This document shows, piece after piece, positions 7,927 through 15,737 of a DNA stretch of 64,000 nucleotides (positions are counted from its first letter, which is position 1; each line of letters starts with the position of its first letter). Origin of the DNA: an uncultured Bifidobacteriaceae bacterium (lineage in GTDB: Bacteria > Actinomycetota > Acidimicrobiia > IMCC26256 > PALSA-555); the NCBI GenBank assembly GCA_964555735.1, contig CAZKTS010000038.1, positions 6,929 through 70,928 of the forward strand, given 5' to 3'. Under the pieces are notes generated by a model that saw nothing but the letters and a program-made list of their open reading frames with translations, ran no database searches and was not told the origin of the DNA. A program made the position numbers and the translations under genes.

Positions 7927-9753
7927 TCAACCGGCGTCCCGTCGGCGCTCGGCCTCCGAGATCGCCCACGCCGCGTTCACCAGGCCGATGTGACTGAACG
8001 CCTGGGGGAAGTTGCCGAGGAGCTCGCCGGTCTCGGCATCGACCTCCTCGGCGAGCAGCCCGACGTCGTTGGCGAACCCGAGCGCCCGCTCGAACACCGT
8101 GCGCGCCCGATCGGGCTGGTCGGCGAGGGCCAGCGCGTGGGCGAGCCAGAACGTGCAGAGGAGAAAGGTGCCCTCCTCGCCCTCGAGGCCGTCTTCGGCG
8201 AGATACCGGTAGACGAGCCCATGGTCGTCGGTGAGCCGAGCCTCGGTCGCGTCGATGGTGGCGAGGATCCGCGGGTCGTCGGCCGGAAGGAATCCCACGA
8301 GCGCCATCATCAGGTTCGACGCGTCCAGGTCGTCAGACCCGAAGGACTGCGCAAACGCGCCCGCCGCCTCGCTCCACCCACTGGTCACGATGGCGTCGAA
8401 GATCTCGCGCTGCACGGCCTTCCAGTCGGCCACCCGGTCGACGGCGTCGAGCCGCTCGGCCAGCGCGATCCCGCGCTCGAGGGCGACCCAGCACATCAGC
8501 TTCGAGTACACGAAGTCGCGAGGCTCGCCGCGCACCTCCCAGATCCCCTGGTCGCGCTCGGTCCAGCGCTGCGCGGCCGCATCGACCAGGCTGACGAAGA
8601 AGGCCTTCGTGTGCGGCGCGAGATCGTCGAACTGGTCCGACAGCCGATACACCGAGTTCATGAGCTCGCCGTAGACGTCGAGCTGACGTTGGCTCCACGC
8701 ACCGTTCCCGACACGCACCGGGGCGCTGTTGCGCCATCCCGGAAGGTGCGGCAGCTCGCGCTCGGTGAGGTCGTGCTCGCCGCCGATGCCGAACATGATC
8801 TGGAGGTCGTTCCCGCGTCCGACCGACGCGGCCGCGGACGTCGTCATGTACTCGAAGAACTCGTCGACCTCGTCCGGACATGCGGCGACCCACAGCGCCT
8901 CGATCGTGAAGCTGGCGTCGCGCACCCACGAGTACCGGTAGTCCCAGTTCCGCTCGCCACCTTCGGTCTCCGGCAGCGACGTCGTCGCCGCCGCGCAGAT
9001 CGCGCCCGTCGGCTGGAACGAGAGCGCCTGCAGCACGCGGCCGCTCTGGTGCACCGCCTCGCGCCACGGTCCCTCGTACGCCTGGTGCAGCTCCGACCAC
9101 GACTGCCAGGCCGCGATCGTGTCGTCGAGGCGCTCGCTGATCTCGTCTTGGCTCCAGACCCTCGGCACCTCGCGCTGCGCACGCATGGCGTGGTGCAGCG
9201 CGAACCCCACGCTCGCCCCCGCCGTCAGCGTCGTGTGCGCGCGGACGCCTGCGTCGGCGATCTCCATGCCGTCGGGACCCGACAGCACGAGCAGGTCCGC
9301 GCCACCGGCGACGTGCACGCCGCCGTCGATCGCCGAGAGCAGCGGGACCACGAGGCCGTACTCGGGCCGGGGCACGAGCTCCATCTCCAGGCCGACCTCG
9401 CCCTCGATGCAGGCGGCCCGACGCACCAGCAGATGCGGGGCACCGTCGCCGAGCTCGTGCCCGCGGTTGCCCTCGCCCATCACCAGCGCGTCCTCGACCT
9501 CCAGCACCCCCGTCGGCGTGCGGAAGGTGGTCGCCAGGATCATGGTGCGATCGAGGTAGCGGCGGGAGACCTCCGTCGCACCGACCGCGCGGACGGACCA
9601 ATGGCCGGCGTCGTCGCCCAGGAGCCGCCCGAGGACCGAGCCGGCATCGAAGCGAGGCATGCAGAGCCAGTCGATCGAACCGTCGCGGCTCACGAGCGCG
9701 GCCGTGTGGCGGTCCGAGAGGAGCGCGTAGTCGGCGATCGGGGTCGTGCTCAC
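7927..9753 (-). CDS. glycoside hydrolase family 15 (glucoamylase/trehalase-like)
   Basis: 608 aa. The N-terminus IADYALLSDRHTAALVSRDGSIDWLCMPRFDAGSVLGRLLG and ...NWDYRYSWVRDASFT...LCTFWLAHALA are typical GH15 motifs. Confidence 0.85.
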   Translation of the reverse strand: MSTTPIADYALLSDRHTAALVSRDGSIDWLCMPRFDAGSVLGRLLGDDAGHWSVRAVGATEVSRRYLDRTMILATTFRTPTGVLEVEDALVMGEGNRGHELGDGAPHLLVRRAACIEGEVGLEMELVPRPEYGLVVPLLSAIDGGVHVAGGADLLVLSGPDGMEIADAGVRAHTTLTAGASVGFALHHAMRAQREVPRVWSQDEISERLDDTIAAWQSWSELHQAYEGPWREAVHQSGRVLQALSFQPTGAICAAATTSLPETEGGERNWDYRYSWVRDASFTIEALWVAACPDEVDEFFEYMTTSAAASVGRGNDLQIMFGIGGEHDLTERELPHLPGWRNSAPVRVGNGAWSQRQLDVYGELMNSVYRLSDQFDDLAPHTKAFFVSLVDAAAQRWTERDQGIWEVRGEPRDFVYSKLMCWVALERGIALAERLDAVDRVADWKAVQREIFDAIVTSGWSEAAGAFAQSFGSDDLDASNLMMALVGFLPADDPRILATIDATEARLTDDHGLVYRYLAEDGLEGEEGTFLLCTFWLAHALALADQPDRARTVFERALGFANDVGLLAEEVDAETGELLGNFPQAFSHIGLVNAAWAISEAERRRDAG

Positions 9754-9842
9754 AGGGCCTCCACGGCGTCGATCCTTGCATCGCGGTGCTCGACGAGCGC
9801 CGGGCGCCCGCGTGACGCGCCGGATTCCGACATGATGGGGCG

Positions 9843-10367
9843 ATGACGAACCGAACCATCTTCACCCGTGCGCCTCGGCGCCGCCTGATCCTTGCGAGCG
9901 CGGTGGTCGCCCTCGCCGTGATCGGCGCCGCGTGCGGCGGCGGCGACGACGACAGCGCGACCGACACCACGACGACGACCACGACGACGGTCGCAGGTCA
10001 GCAGGGCGGGGGCGGCCAGAGCGGAGGCGGGTCGGGTAGCGGTCAGTCGGGCGGCCCCACCGGGCCTGCCCCGACGATCGTCAGCTTCACCACGCCGGGC
10101 GACATCGACTGCCACAACGGCAACCAGCAGAGCTTCACCGCGAGCTGGACGACCACGAACGCGACGCGCGTCTCGATCTCGGGCGGGGCGAGCAACCTGC
10201 CGCCGAACGGCGAGACCAGCCTGCCGTTCGACTGCTCGAGCGCGCACACGTTCACGCTGACCGCGTACAGCGACGGCGGGCAGACCGCGACTCGGTCGGT
10301 GACGCTCCAGCCGCGCAACGCGCAGCAGCAGCAGAACCAGGACCAAGACCAGGACCAGGACCAGTAG
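9843..10367 (+). CDS. secreted lipoprotein with a Thr/Gly-rich linker, an Ig-like domain and a Q/D-repeat tail
   Basis: Signal sequence plus lipobox-like LAVIGAAC-GGG. Low-complexity TTTTTTTT and GGGGQSGGGSGSGQSGG, two Cys in the globular part, and a C-terminal QQQQNQDQDQDQDQ encoded by a cag/gac repeat at about 10324-10364. Confidence 0.6.
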   Translation: MTNRTIFTRAPRRRLILASAVVALAVIGAACGGGDDDSATDTTTTTTTTVAGQQGGGGQSGGGSGSGQSGGPTGPAPTIVSFTTPGDIDCHNGNQQSFTASWTTTNATRVSISGGASNLPPNGETSLPFDCSSAHTFTLTAYSDGGQTATRSVTLQPRNAQQQQNQDQDQDQDQ

Positions 10368-10373
10368 CCGACG

Positions 10374-10401
10374 CACCGGCGGCGCGCCGGCGCCGCCGGT
10401 G
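10374..10401. terminator. perfect 12-bp GC hairpin between convergent genes (candidate bidirectional intrinsic terminator)
   Basis: caccggcggcgc-gccg-gcgccgccggtg: the 12-nt arms are exact reverse complements with a 4-nt loop. It lies between the stops at 10367 (+) and 10426 (-). There is no U-tract, as is common in high-GC actinobacteria. Confidence 0.5.
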
Positions 10402-10425
10402 GAGCCCGCGATCGGTCGCGGCGGG

Positions 10426-10686
10426 TCAGCCGAGCAGCTTGGCCTTCTGCGCCGCGAACTCGTCGTCGGTGAGGACGCCCTGCTCGTGGAGCGCGGCGAG
10501 CTCCTTGAGCTGCGCGATGGGGTCGGCCTCCGGCGCCGCGGCGGGCGCCTCGACGTACTGCGGCTGCTGCTGCGCCTCTTGCTGGGCCCAACGGTTGGCC
10601 TGACGGCGCGAGACGTTGTTCGAGACCGCGGTCGCGGTCCCGGCGATGACCGCGGTGCGGGCCACTCCTCGGAGGAGTCCTGGCAT
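10426..10686 (-). CDS. SHOCT-domain small protein
   Basis: 86 aa. The C-terminus IAQLKELAALHEQGVLTDDEFAAQKAKLLG is the SHOCT (short C-terminal) motif, and the N-terminus has a hydrophobic segment. Confidence 0.75.
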   Translation of the reverse strand: MPGLLRGVARTAVIAGTATAVSNNVSRRQANRWAQQEAQQQPQYVEAPAAAPEADPIAQLKELAALHEQGVLTDDEFAAQKAKLLG

Positions 10687-10727
10687 GGTGTGTCCTCTTT
10701 CTCGAGCGGTGGTGTCTCGGGCGGTGG

Positions 10728-11159
10728 TCAGGAGCCGGTGGCGGCGAGCGATGCGACCAGCGCATCGATCGGCACACCGCCACGGGCGACGAGCTCGGCG
10801 CCCCCGCGGCGGAGCGCCGCGGCGAACGGTGCGGCCCAGCGGTTCTCGTAGATGAGGATCGCCGCGGACGACCCTGCGTCGAGCACGGTCGCCGCGTCCG
10901 CCACGTCGCTGTCGTCGATCACCCCCGACGACGCACCCTCGAAGACCGAGAGGTCGAGCGAGCCGTCGCCGTCGAGGTCCGCGAGCTCCAGCATCGTCGT
11001 GGTGCCGTCGGCCGCCTTCGTGACGAAGACGAGGTCGATGATCCGGATGAGTCCGCGGTCGACGAGGTCGACGAGGATCGGGAAGCCCTCACCGGTCATG
11101 CGGCTCCCGGGGAACTCCACGATCAGGTAGTCGATCGGTCCGAGCTCTTCGTCTGCCAT
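10728..11159 (-). CDS. conserved acidic hypothetical protein (co-oriented with the SHOCT gene)
   Basis: The real part of track ORF 10728..11375 starts at ATG 11159: MADEELGPIDYLIVEFPGSRMTGEGFPILVDLVDRGLIRIIDLVFVTK... The region upstream of this ATG is Arg-rich shadow. Confidence 0.65.
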   Translation of the reverse strand: MADEELGPIDYLIVEFPGSRMTGEGFPILVDLVDRGLIRIIDLVFVTKAADGTTTMLELADLDGDGSLDLSVFEGASSGVIDDSDVADAATVLDAGSSAAILIYENRWAAPFAAALRRGGAELVARGGVPIDALVASLAATGS

Positions 11160-11358
11160 GGGGGCCCCTTGTCGTCGGCGGCGGTGCTGCGGAACGTAGT
11201 TGTACCGGCTGCCCGGGCCGCCCGCCATCACCCCGATGGCATGACTCGGGGCGTGCCGCCGGCGCCGACCGCTCATTTTCGGGTGCTCCGACGGTCTCCC
11301 TCGCGTGACAATGTGAGCCGCCCGGCCGGGCCGGCCGTCGCTCGGCGCAGGGCGCCCG

Positions 11359-11410
11359 GCACCGACCCGAACCATCGACCCGAAGCACCGACCCGAAGCA
11401 CCGACCGTGG
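11359..11410 (+). repeat. four tandem copies of a 13-bp unit (gcaccgacccgaa) ending 12 nt before the ABC ATPase start
   Basis: Units are 11359-11371 gcaccgacccgaa, 11372-11384 ccatcgacccgaa, 11385-11397 gcaccgacccgaa and 11398-11410 gcaccgaccgtgg. The last unit overlaps the GGGAG Shine-Dalgarno. Confidence 0.7.
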
Positions 11411-11422
11411 GAGCACGCGCGC

Positions 11423-12394
11423 GTGGACCAGATCATCGAGGCCTCCGGCCTCGTCAAGCGCTACGGAGCGCTGACCGCTCTCGACGGGCTCGACCTCTCG
11501 GTGCCCCAGGGCACGGTGCTCGGGCTCCTGGGCCCGAACGGAGCCGGGAAGACGACGGCGGTGTCGATCCTCACGACGTTGCTGCTGCCCGACGCGGGTG
11601 AGGCGACGGTCAACGGGTTCGACATCCGTCGGGAGCCCGAGCAGGTGCGCAAGCAGATCGGCCTGTCCGGGCAGTACGCGGCCGTCGACGAGAACCTCAC
11701 CGGCTACGAGAACCTCGAGATGATCGGGCGCCTGTACCGCATCGGTCGCTCGCGCTCCAAGACGAGAGCCCGCGAGCTGCTCGAGCAGTTCCACCTCCAC
11801 GAGGCCGCCGACCGGCCGGTGAAGACCTACTCGGGCGGCATGCGGCGCCGACTCGACCTCGCCGGCGCTCTCGTCGGTGACGCGCCGGTGCTGTTCCTCG
11901 ACGAGCCCACCACGGGCCTGGACCTGCGCAGCCGCATCGCGCTCTGGGACGCCATCCGTGAGCTCGTCGACCGGGGCACCACTCTCTTGCTCACGACCCA
12001 GTACCTCGAGGAGGCGGACCATCTCGCGCAGGAGATCGTCGTCATCGACCACGGGCACGCGATCGCCCACGGCACGCCCGACGAGCTGAAGAGCCAGGTC
12101 GGGGGCGAGCGCATCGAGGTGACGCTCGCCTCGGCAACCGACGCTCCCGCCGCCCGCCAGGTGCTCGCGCGCTTCGCCGTCGGCGAGGTGGAGTTCGACC
12201 AGCACCGCGACGCGGTCGTCGCGCCGATCGAGGGCGGCGTGCCCACCCTCCGGGCTGCGCTGCACGAGCTGGAGGAGGCGAACGTCCCACTGCACGACGT
12301 GGGCCTGCGGCGCCCGACGCTCGACGAGGCCTTCCTCACGCTCACCGGCCACGCGGCCGAGGTCGACGACGAGGAAGAAGCGGAGGTCGCCTGA
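11423..12394 (+). CDS. ABC transporter ATP-binding protein (DrrA/ABC-2 exporter type)
   Basis: Walker A GPNGAGKTT, signature YSGGMRRRLDLA, Walker B VLFLDEPTTGLD. GTG start. Confidence 0.9.
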   Translation: MDQIIEASGLVKRYGALTALDGLDLSVPQGTVLGLLGPNGAGKTTAVSILTTLLLPDAGEATVNGFDIRREPEQVRKQIGLSGQYAAVDENLTGYENLEMIGRLYRIGRSRSKTRARELLEQFHLHEAADRPVKTYSGGMRRRLDLAGALVGDAPVLFLDEPTTGLDLRSRIALWDAIRELVDRGTTLLLTTQYLEEADHLAQEIVVIDHGHAIAHGTPDELKSQVGGERIEVTLASATDAPAARQVLARFAVGEVEFDQHRDAVVAPIEGGVPTLRAALHELEEANVPLHDVGLRRPTLDEAFLTLTGHAAEVDDEEEAEVA

Positions 12395-13200
12395 TGCTGC
12401 ACCGGTTCGCGGGAGCGTTCGGCGACGCGACCGTCGTCGCCAAGCGCAACGTGATCAAGATCAAGCGCGTCCCCGACGTGCTCGTGTTCGTCATCATCTC
12501 GCCGATCATGTTCGTGCTGCTGTTCGCGTTCGTGTTCGGCGACGCGATCGACGTCCCTGGCGGCGACTACCGCGAGTTCCTGATCGCCGGAGTGTTCGCA
12601 CAGACGGTCCTGTTCGGTGCGACGTTCACGGCCGCGGGGCTCGCGGACGACATGCAGAAGGGCATCATCGACCGGTTCCGGTCGCTGCCGATGTCGCGCG
12701 CGGCGGTGCTGGTCGGCCGCACGACGAGTGACATCGTCTACAACGCGGTCTCGATCACGATCATGGCGATCACCGGTCTCGTCATCGGCTGGCGGATCAA
12801 CAGCTCGTTCCTCGAGGCCGTCGCCGGCTTCCTGCTGCTTCTGGTCTTCGCGTACGCGTTCTCGTGGATGATGGCGTGGATCGGGCTGTCGGTCCCGAGT
12901 GTCGAGGTCGTCAACAACGCGGTCTTCATGGTGCTGTTCCCGCTGACGTTCCTCGCGAACACCTTCGTGCCGACCGAGAGCCTCCCCGACGGGCTCCGCC
13001 AGTTCGCGGAGTGGAACCCGGTGTCCAGCATCACGCAGGCGTGTCGCGAGCTCTTCGGCAACATCCCGGCCGGCACGCCGGAGCCGACCGCGTGGTCGCT
13101 CCAGAACCCCATCATCTACACACTCATCTGGATCGGGATCGTGATCGCGATCTTCGCCCCGCTCTCGGTGCGCAAGTACAAGCGCGCCAACCGCAAGTGA
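12394..13200 (+). CDS. ABC-2 type transporter permease (DrrB-like)
   Basis: 268 aa with six hydrophobic segments. The start overlaps the upstream stop (TGATG). Confidence 0.9.
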   Translation: MLHRFAGAFGDATVVAKRNVIKIKRVPDVLVFVIISPIMFVLLFAFVFGDAIDVPGGDYREFLIAGVFAQTVLFGATFTAAGLADDMQKGIIDRFRSLPMSRAAVLVGRTTSDIVYNAVSITIMAITGLVIGWRINSSFLEAVAGFLLLLVFAYAFSWMMAWIGLSVPSVEVVNNAVFMVLFPLTFLANTFVPTESLPDGLRQFAEWNPVSSITQACRELFGNIPAGTPEPTAWSLQNPIIYTLIWIGIVIAIFAPLSVRKYKRANRK

Positions 13201-13214
13201 CGACGGAGGGAACC

Positions 13215-13685
13215 ATGGCCACCAAGGACCAGTTCGAGGTCACCCGCGAGAAGACGATCCCGGCGCCTCCCGCCGCGATCTACGAGCGCATCGCCGACTT
13301 CCATCGCTGGACCGAGTGGTCGCCCTGGGAGGACCTCGACCCCGACCTCGAGCGCACCTACTCCGGCCCCGACGCCGGCGTGGGCGCGGTCTACGAGTGG
13401 AAGGGCAACCGCAAGGCCGGGCAGGGACGCATGGAGATCACCGCAGCCGACCCGTCGTCGCGCGTCGAGCTCGACCTCCAGTTCCTGAAGCCGTTCAAGT
13501 CACGCAACACCACCACCTTCACGCTCGCGGAAGCACCGGGTGGCGGCACGCACGTCACCTGGCGGATGGTCGGACCCAAGACGTTCCTCGTGAAGGTCAT
13601 GGGAATCTTCTCGAGCATGGACAAGATGGTCGGCGGCGACTTCGAGAAGGGCCTCGACCGCCTGAGCGCGGCCGCCACCGCGTAG
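13215..13685 (+). CDS. SRPBCC-superfamily (polyketide cyclase/START-like) protein
   Basis: ATG 13215 follows GGAGGG. MATKDQFEVTREKTIPAPPAAIYERIADFHRWTEWSPW... has the typical SRPBCC N-terminus. Confidence 0.8.
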   Translation: MATKDQFEVTREKTIPAPPAAIYERIADFHRWTEWSPWEDLDPDLERTYSGPDAGVGAVYEWKGNRKAGQGRMEITAADPSSRVELDLQFLKPFKSRNTTTFTLAEAPGGGTHVTWRMVGPKTFLVKVMGIFSSMDKMVGGDFEKGLDRLSAAATA

Positions 13686-13692
13686 CGCTTCG

Positions 13693-14592
13693 TCAGAGCC
13701 AGGTCACGTAGAAGTCGCGCGCCGCGGTCGCCGACCGCTGGAAGGCGTCGCCGGCGTACGGCACGAAGTGGTGACCGTCGATGACCACCAGCTCCTTCGG
13801 TCCCGCGAGGAGCTCGAACGCCCGTCGGGCGCTCGCGGTGGACGCCACGCGGTCCTCGGACGCGACCACGAACAGGGTCGGCACGGTGACGTGGGCGAGC
13901 GCGACCGCAGGATCGAAGTCGATCAGATCGCCGGGCAGCAGGACACGGTTCTCCCAGCGGGAGCCGGGGCGGCGGCCGACATCGAGGAACCACGCGGCTG
14001 ACTCGTCCTGGGGCAGCACCGCGCCCTCGGGGCCTCCGGGCTCGACCACGACCGGGACCGGGCCGATCAAGCTCGCGCCGTCGATCGGGCCGGGCTCGCG
14101 CACGCGTGCGGCCAAGCGAGAGAACGCTTCATCGTCGCCCGCGTCCGCGTCGTCCGGATTCCCGACGAAGGGAACGTTCGCGACGACCGCACGGACGCGC
14201 TCGTCGAGCGCGCCGACGACGAGCGCGCCACCTGCACTGAAGCTCGAGCCCCAGATGCCGAGACGACCGGCGTCGACGCCGTCGGTCGCGGCCAACCGAT
14301 CGAGTGCAACCATCGCGTCGCGCGCCTGGATCCAGGGATCGACGAGCTGGCGCGGATCGCCGTCGCTCTCGCCCAGGCTCCGATGGTCGTACGCGAGCAC
14401 CACGATCCCGCTCTCGGCGAAGAGCTCGGCGTAGTGGTCGAGGACCATCTCCTTCACCGCCGAGAACCCCTGGCTCATGACGACGCCCGGGGAGCCACTC
14501 GCCGGCACGCGACCCTCGGGCCGGTACAGCCAGCCCCGCAGCGTGGTGCCGTCGTGAGCAGGGAACGCGACGTCGTCACGGGTCCAGGGCAT
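13693..14592 (-). CDS. alpha/beta hydrolase
   Basis: From ATG 14592: MPWTRDDVAFPAHDGTTLRGWLYRP...; nucleophile elbow GIWGSSFSAGGA (G-x-S-x-G). Confidence 0.8.
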   Translation of the reverse strand: MPWTRDDVAFPAHDGTTLRGWLYRPEGRVPASGSPGVVMSQGFSAVKEMVLDHYAELFAESGIVVLAYDHRSLGESDGDPRQLVDPWIQARDAMVALDRLAATDGVDAGRLGIWGSSFSAGGALVVGALDERVRAVVANVPFVGNPDDADAGDDEAFSRLAARVREPGPIDGASLIGPVPVVVEPGGPEGAVLPQDESAAWFLDVGRRPGSRWENRVLLPGDLIDFDPAVALAHVTVPTLFVVASEDRVASTASARRAFELLAGPKELVVIDGHHFVPYAGDAFQRSATAARDFYVTWL

Positions 14593-14675
14593 CGCGCCAT
14601 CGTCGCAGACCACCCGGCGCGGCACCCACACGGATCGGCGAAGATGCCGACCGACCACTGCATCGAGGAGCGCCC

Positions 14676-15703
14676 GTGAAGCAGGCCGAGTTCGACGACG
14701 GCACCGTCCACATCCGCGACGCCGAGAGCCCCGAACCCGGCGCCGAGCAGGCGCGCGTGCGCATCAGCGCGGCCGGCGTCTGCCACTCGGACCTGCACCT
14801 CGCGCGCGGCGACTGGGTCGGCGCGCCGCGCACCGGCGTGATCGGTCACGAGGCGATCGGCGTCGTCGAGGCCCTCGGTCCGGGGGCCGAGCGGTTCGTC
14901 GACATCGGCGATCGGGTGATCCTCGGCCTCGGCGGCACCGGCGGCGGCTACTGGTGCGGCGCGTGCGAGTACTGCATGAGCGGCCGACCGCGTCACTGCG
15001 CGCAGGCGCAGGGGATCATGGGCACGTTCGCGGAGCAGTTCTGCGTGTGGGCGCCGTCGCTCGTCCGCCTGCCCGACACGATCGGCGACCTCGAGGCTCC
15101 GCTCGCATGCGGCGGGCTCACCGCGTACGGCGCGGTGAAGAAGCTCGCTGCGCACGGCGTGCTCCCGGGCCGGCCGATCGCCGTGCTCGGCGCCGCCGGG
15201 GTCTCGGCCACTACGCCGTGCAGCTCGCGACCGCGTTCGGCTACGACGTCGTCGGCATCGATCTCGGGGAGGAACGGCTCGAGTTCGTGCGATCGCTCGG
15301 GGCGCGCATGGCCCTGGAGCCGGACGCCGCGCTCGAAGCGGTGCACGGCGAGCTCGGTGGTGTGGACGCCGCGCTCGTGTTCTCGGCGAAGATGTCCGCC
15401 TTCCACCTCGGGCTGCGCCTGCTCCGGCGCGGCGGCCTGTTCGTCGCGGTGGGGCTCCCGGCGACGAGCGAAGGCAGCTTCGAGCTGGACCCCTTCGAGA
15501 TCTTCATGCGCGACCCGACGATCATCTACTCCGCGGTCGGCACGGTGCAGGACATGCGCGAGCTCGTCGACCTCGCCGCCGCCGGGCGCGTGAAGACGCA
15601 CGTGTCGCGCGTCGGTGCACTGTCGGAGCTCGGCGCCATCTTCGACGAGCTCGAGTCGGGCGCATACCTCGGCCGCGCCGTCGTCACCGATCTCGGGGCC
15701 TAG
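14676..15703 (+). pseudogene. zinc-dependent alcohol dehydrogenase (MDR family) interrupted by a -1 frameshift in a G run
   Basis: Track ORFs 14676..15593 and 14954..15703 are the two halves of one ADH. Frame A gives GVCHSDLH, GHEAIGVV and ...PIAVLGAAG, then degenerates. Frame B resumes GLGHYAVQLATAFGYDVVGIDL... One extra G in the run gggg (15198-15201) would restore LGAAGGLGHYAVQLA, the Rossmann GxGGxG. Confidence 0.75.
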
Positions 15704-15737
15704 GGGCACGCCGGCGACCGGCCGGTACAGTGCGGCC

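Noticed and set aside
11359-11410. CRISPR array (also considered for 17871-17929 and 25285-25563)
   Set aside because: The units are 13-15 bp and directly abutting, with no spacers. The third region is an in-frame Gly/Pro coding repeat. No cas genes are present.
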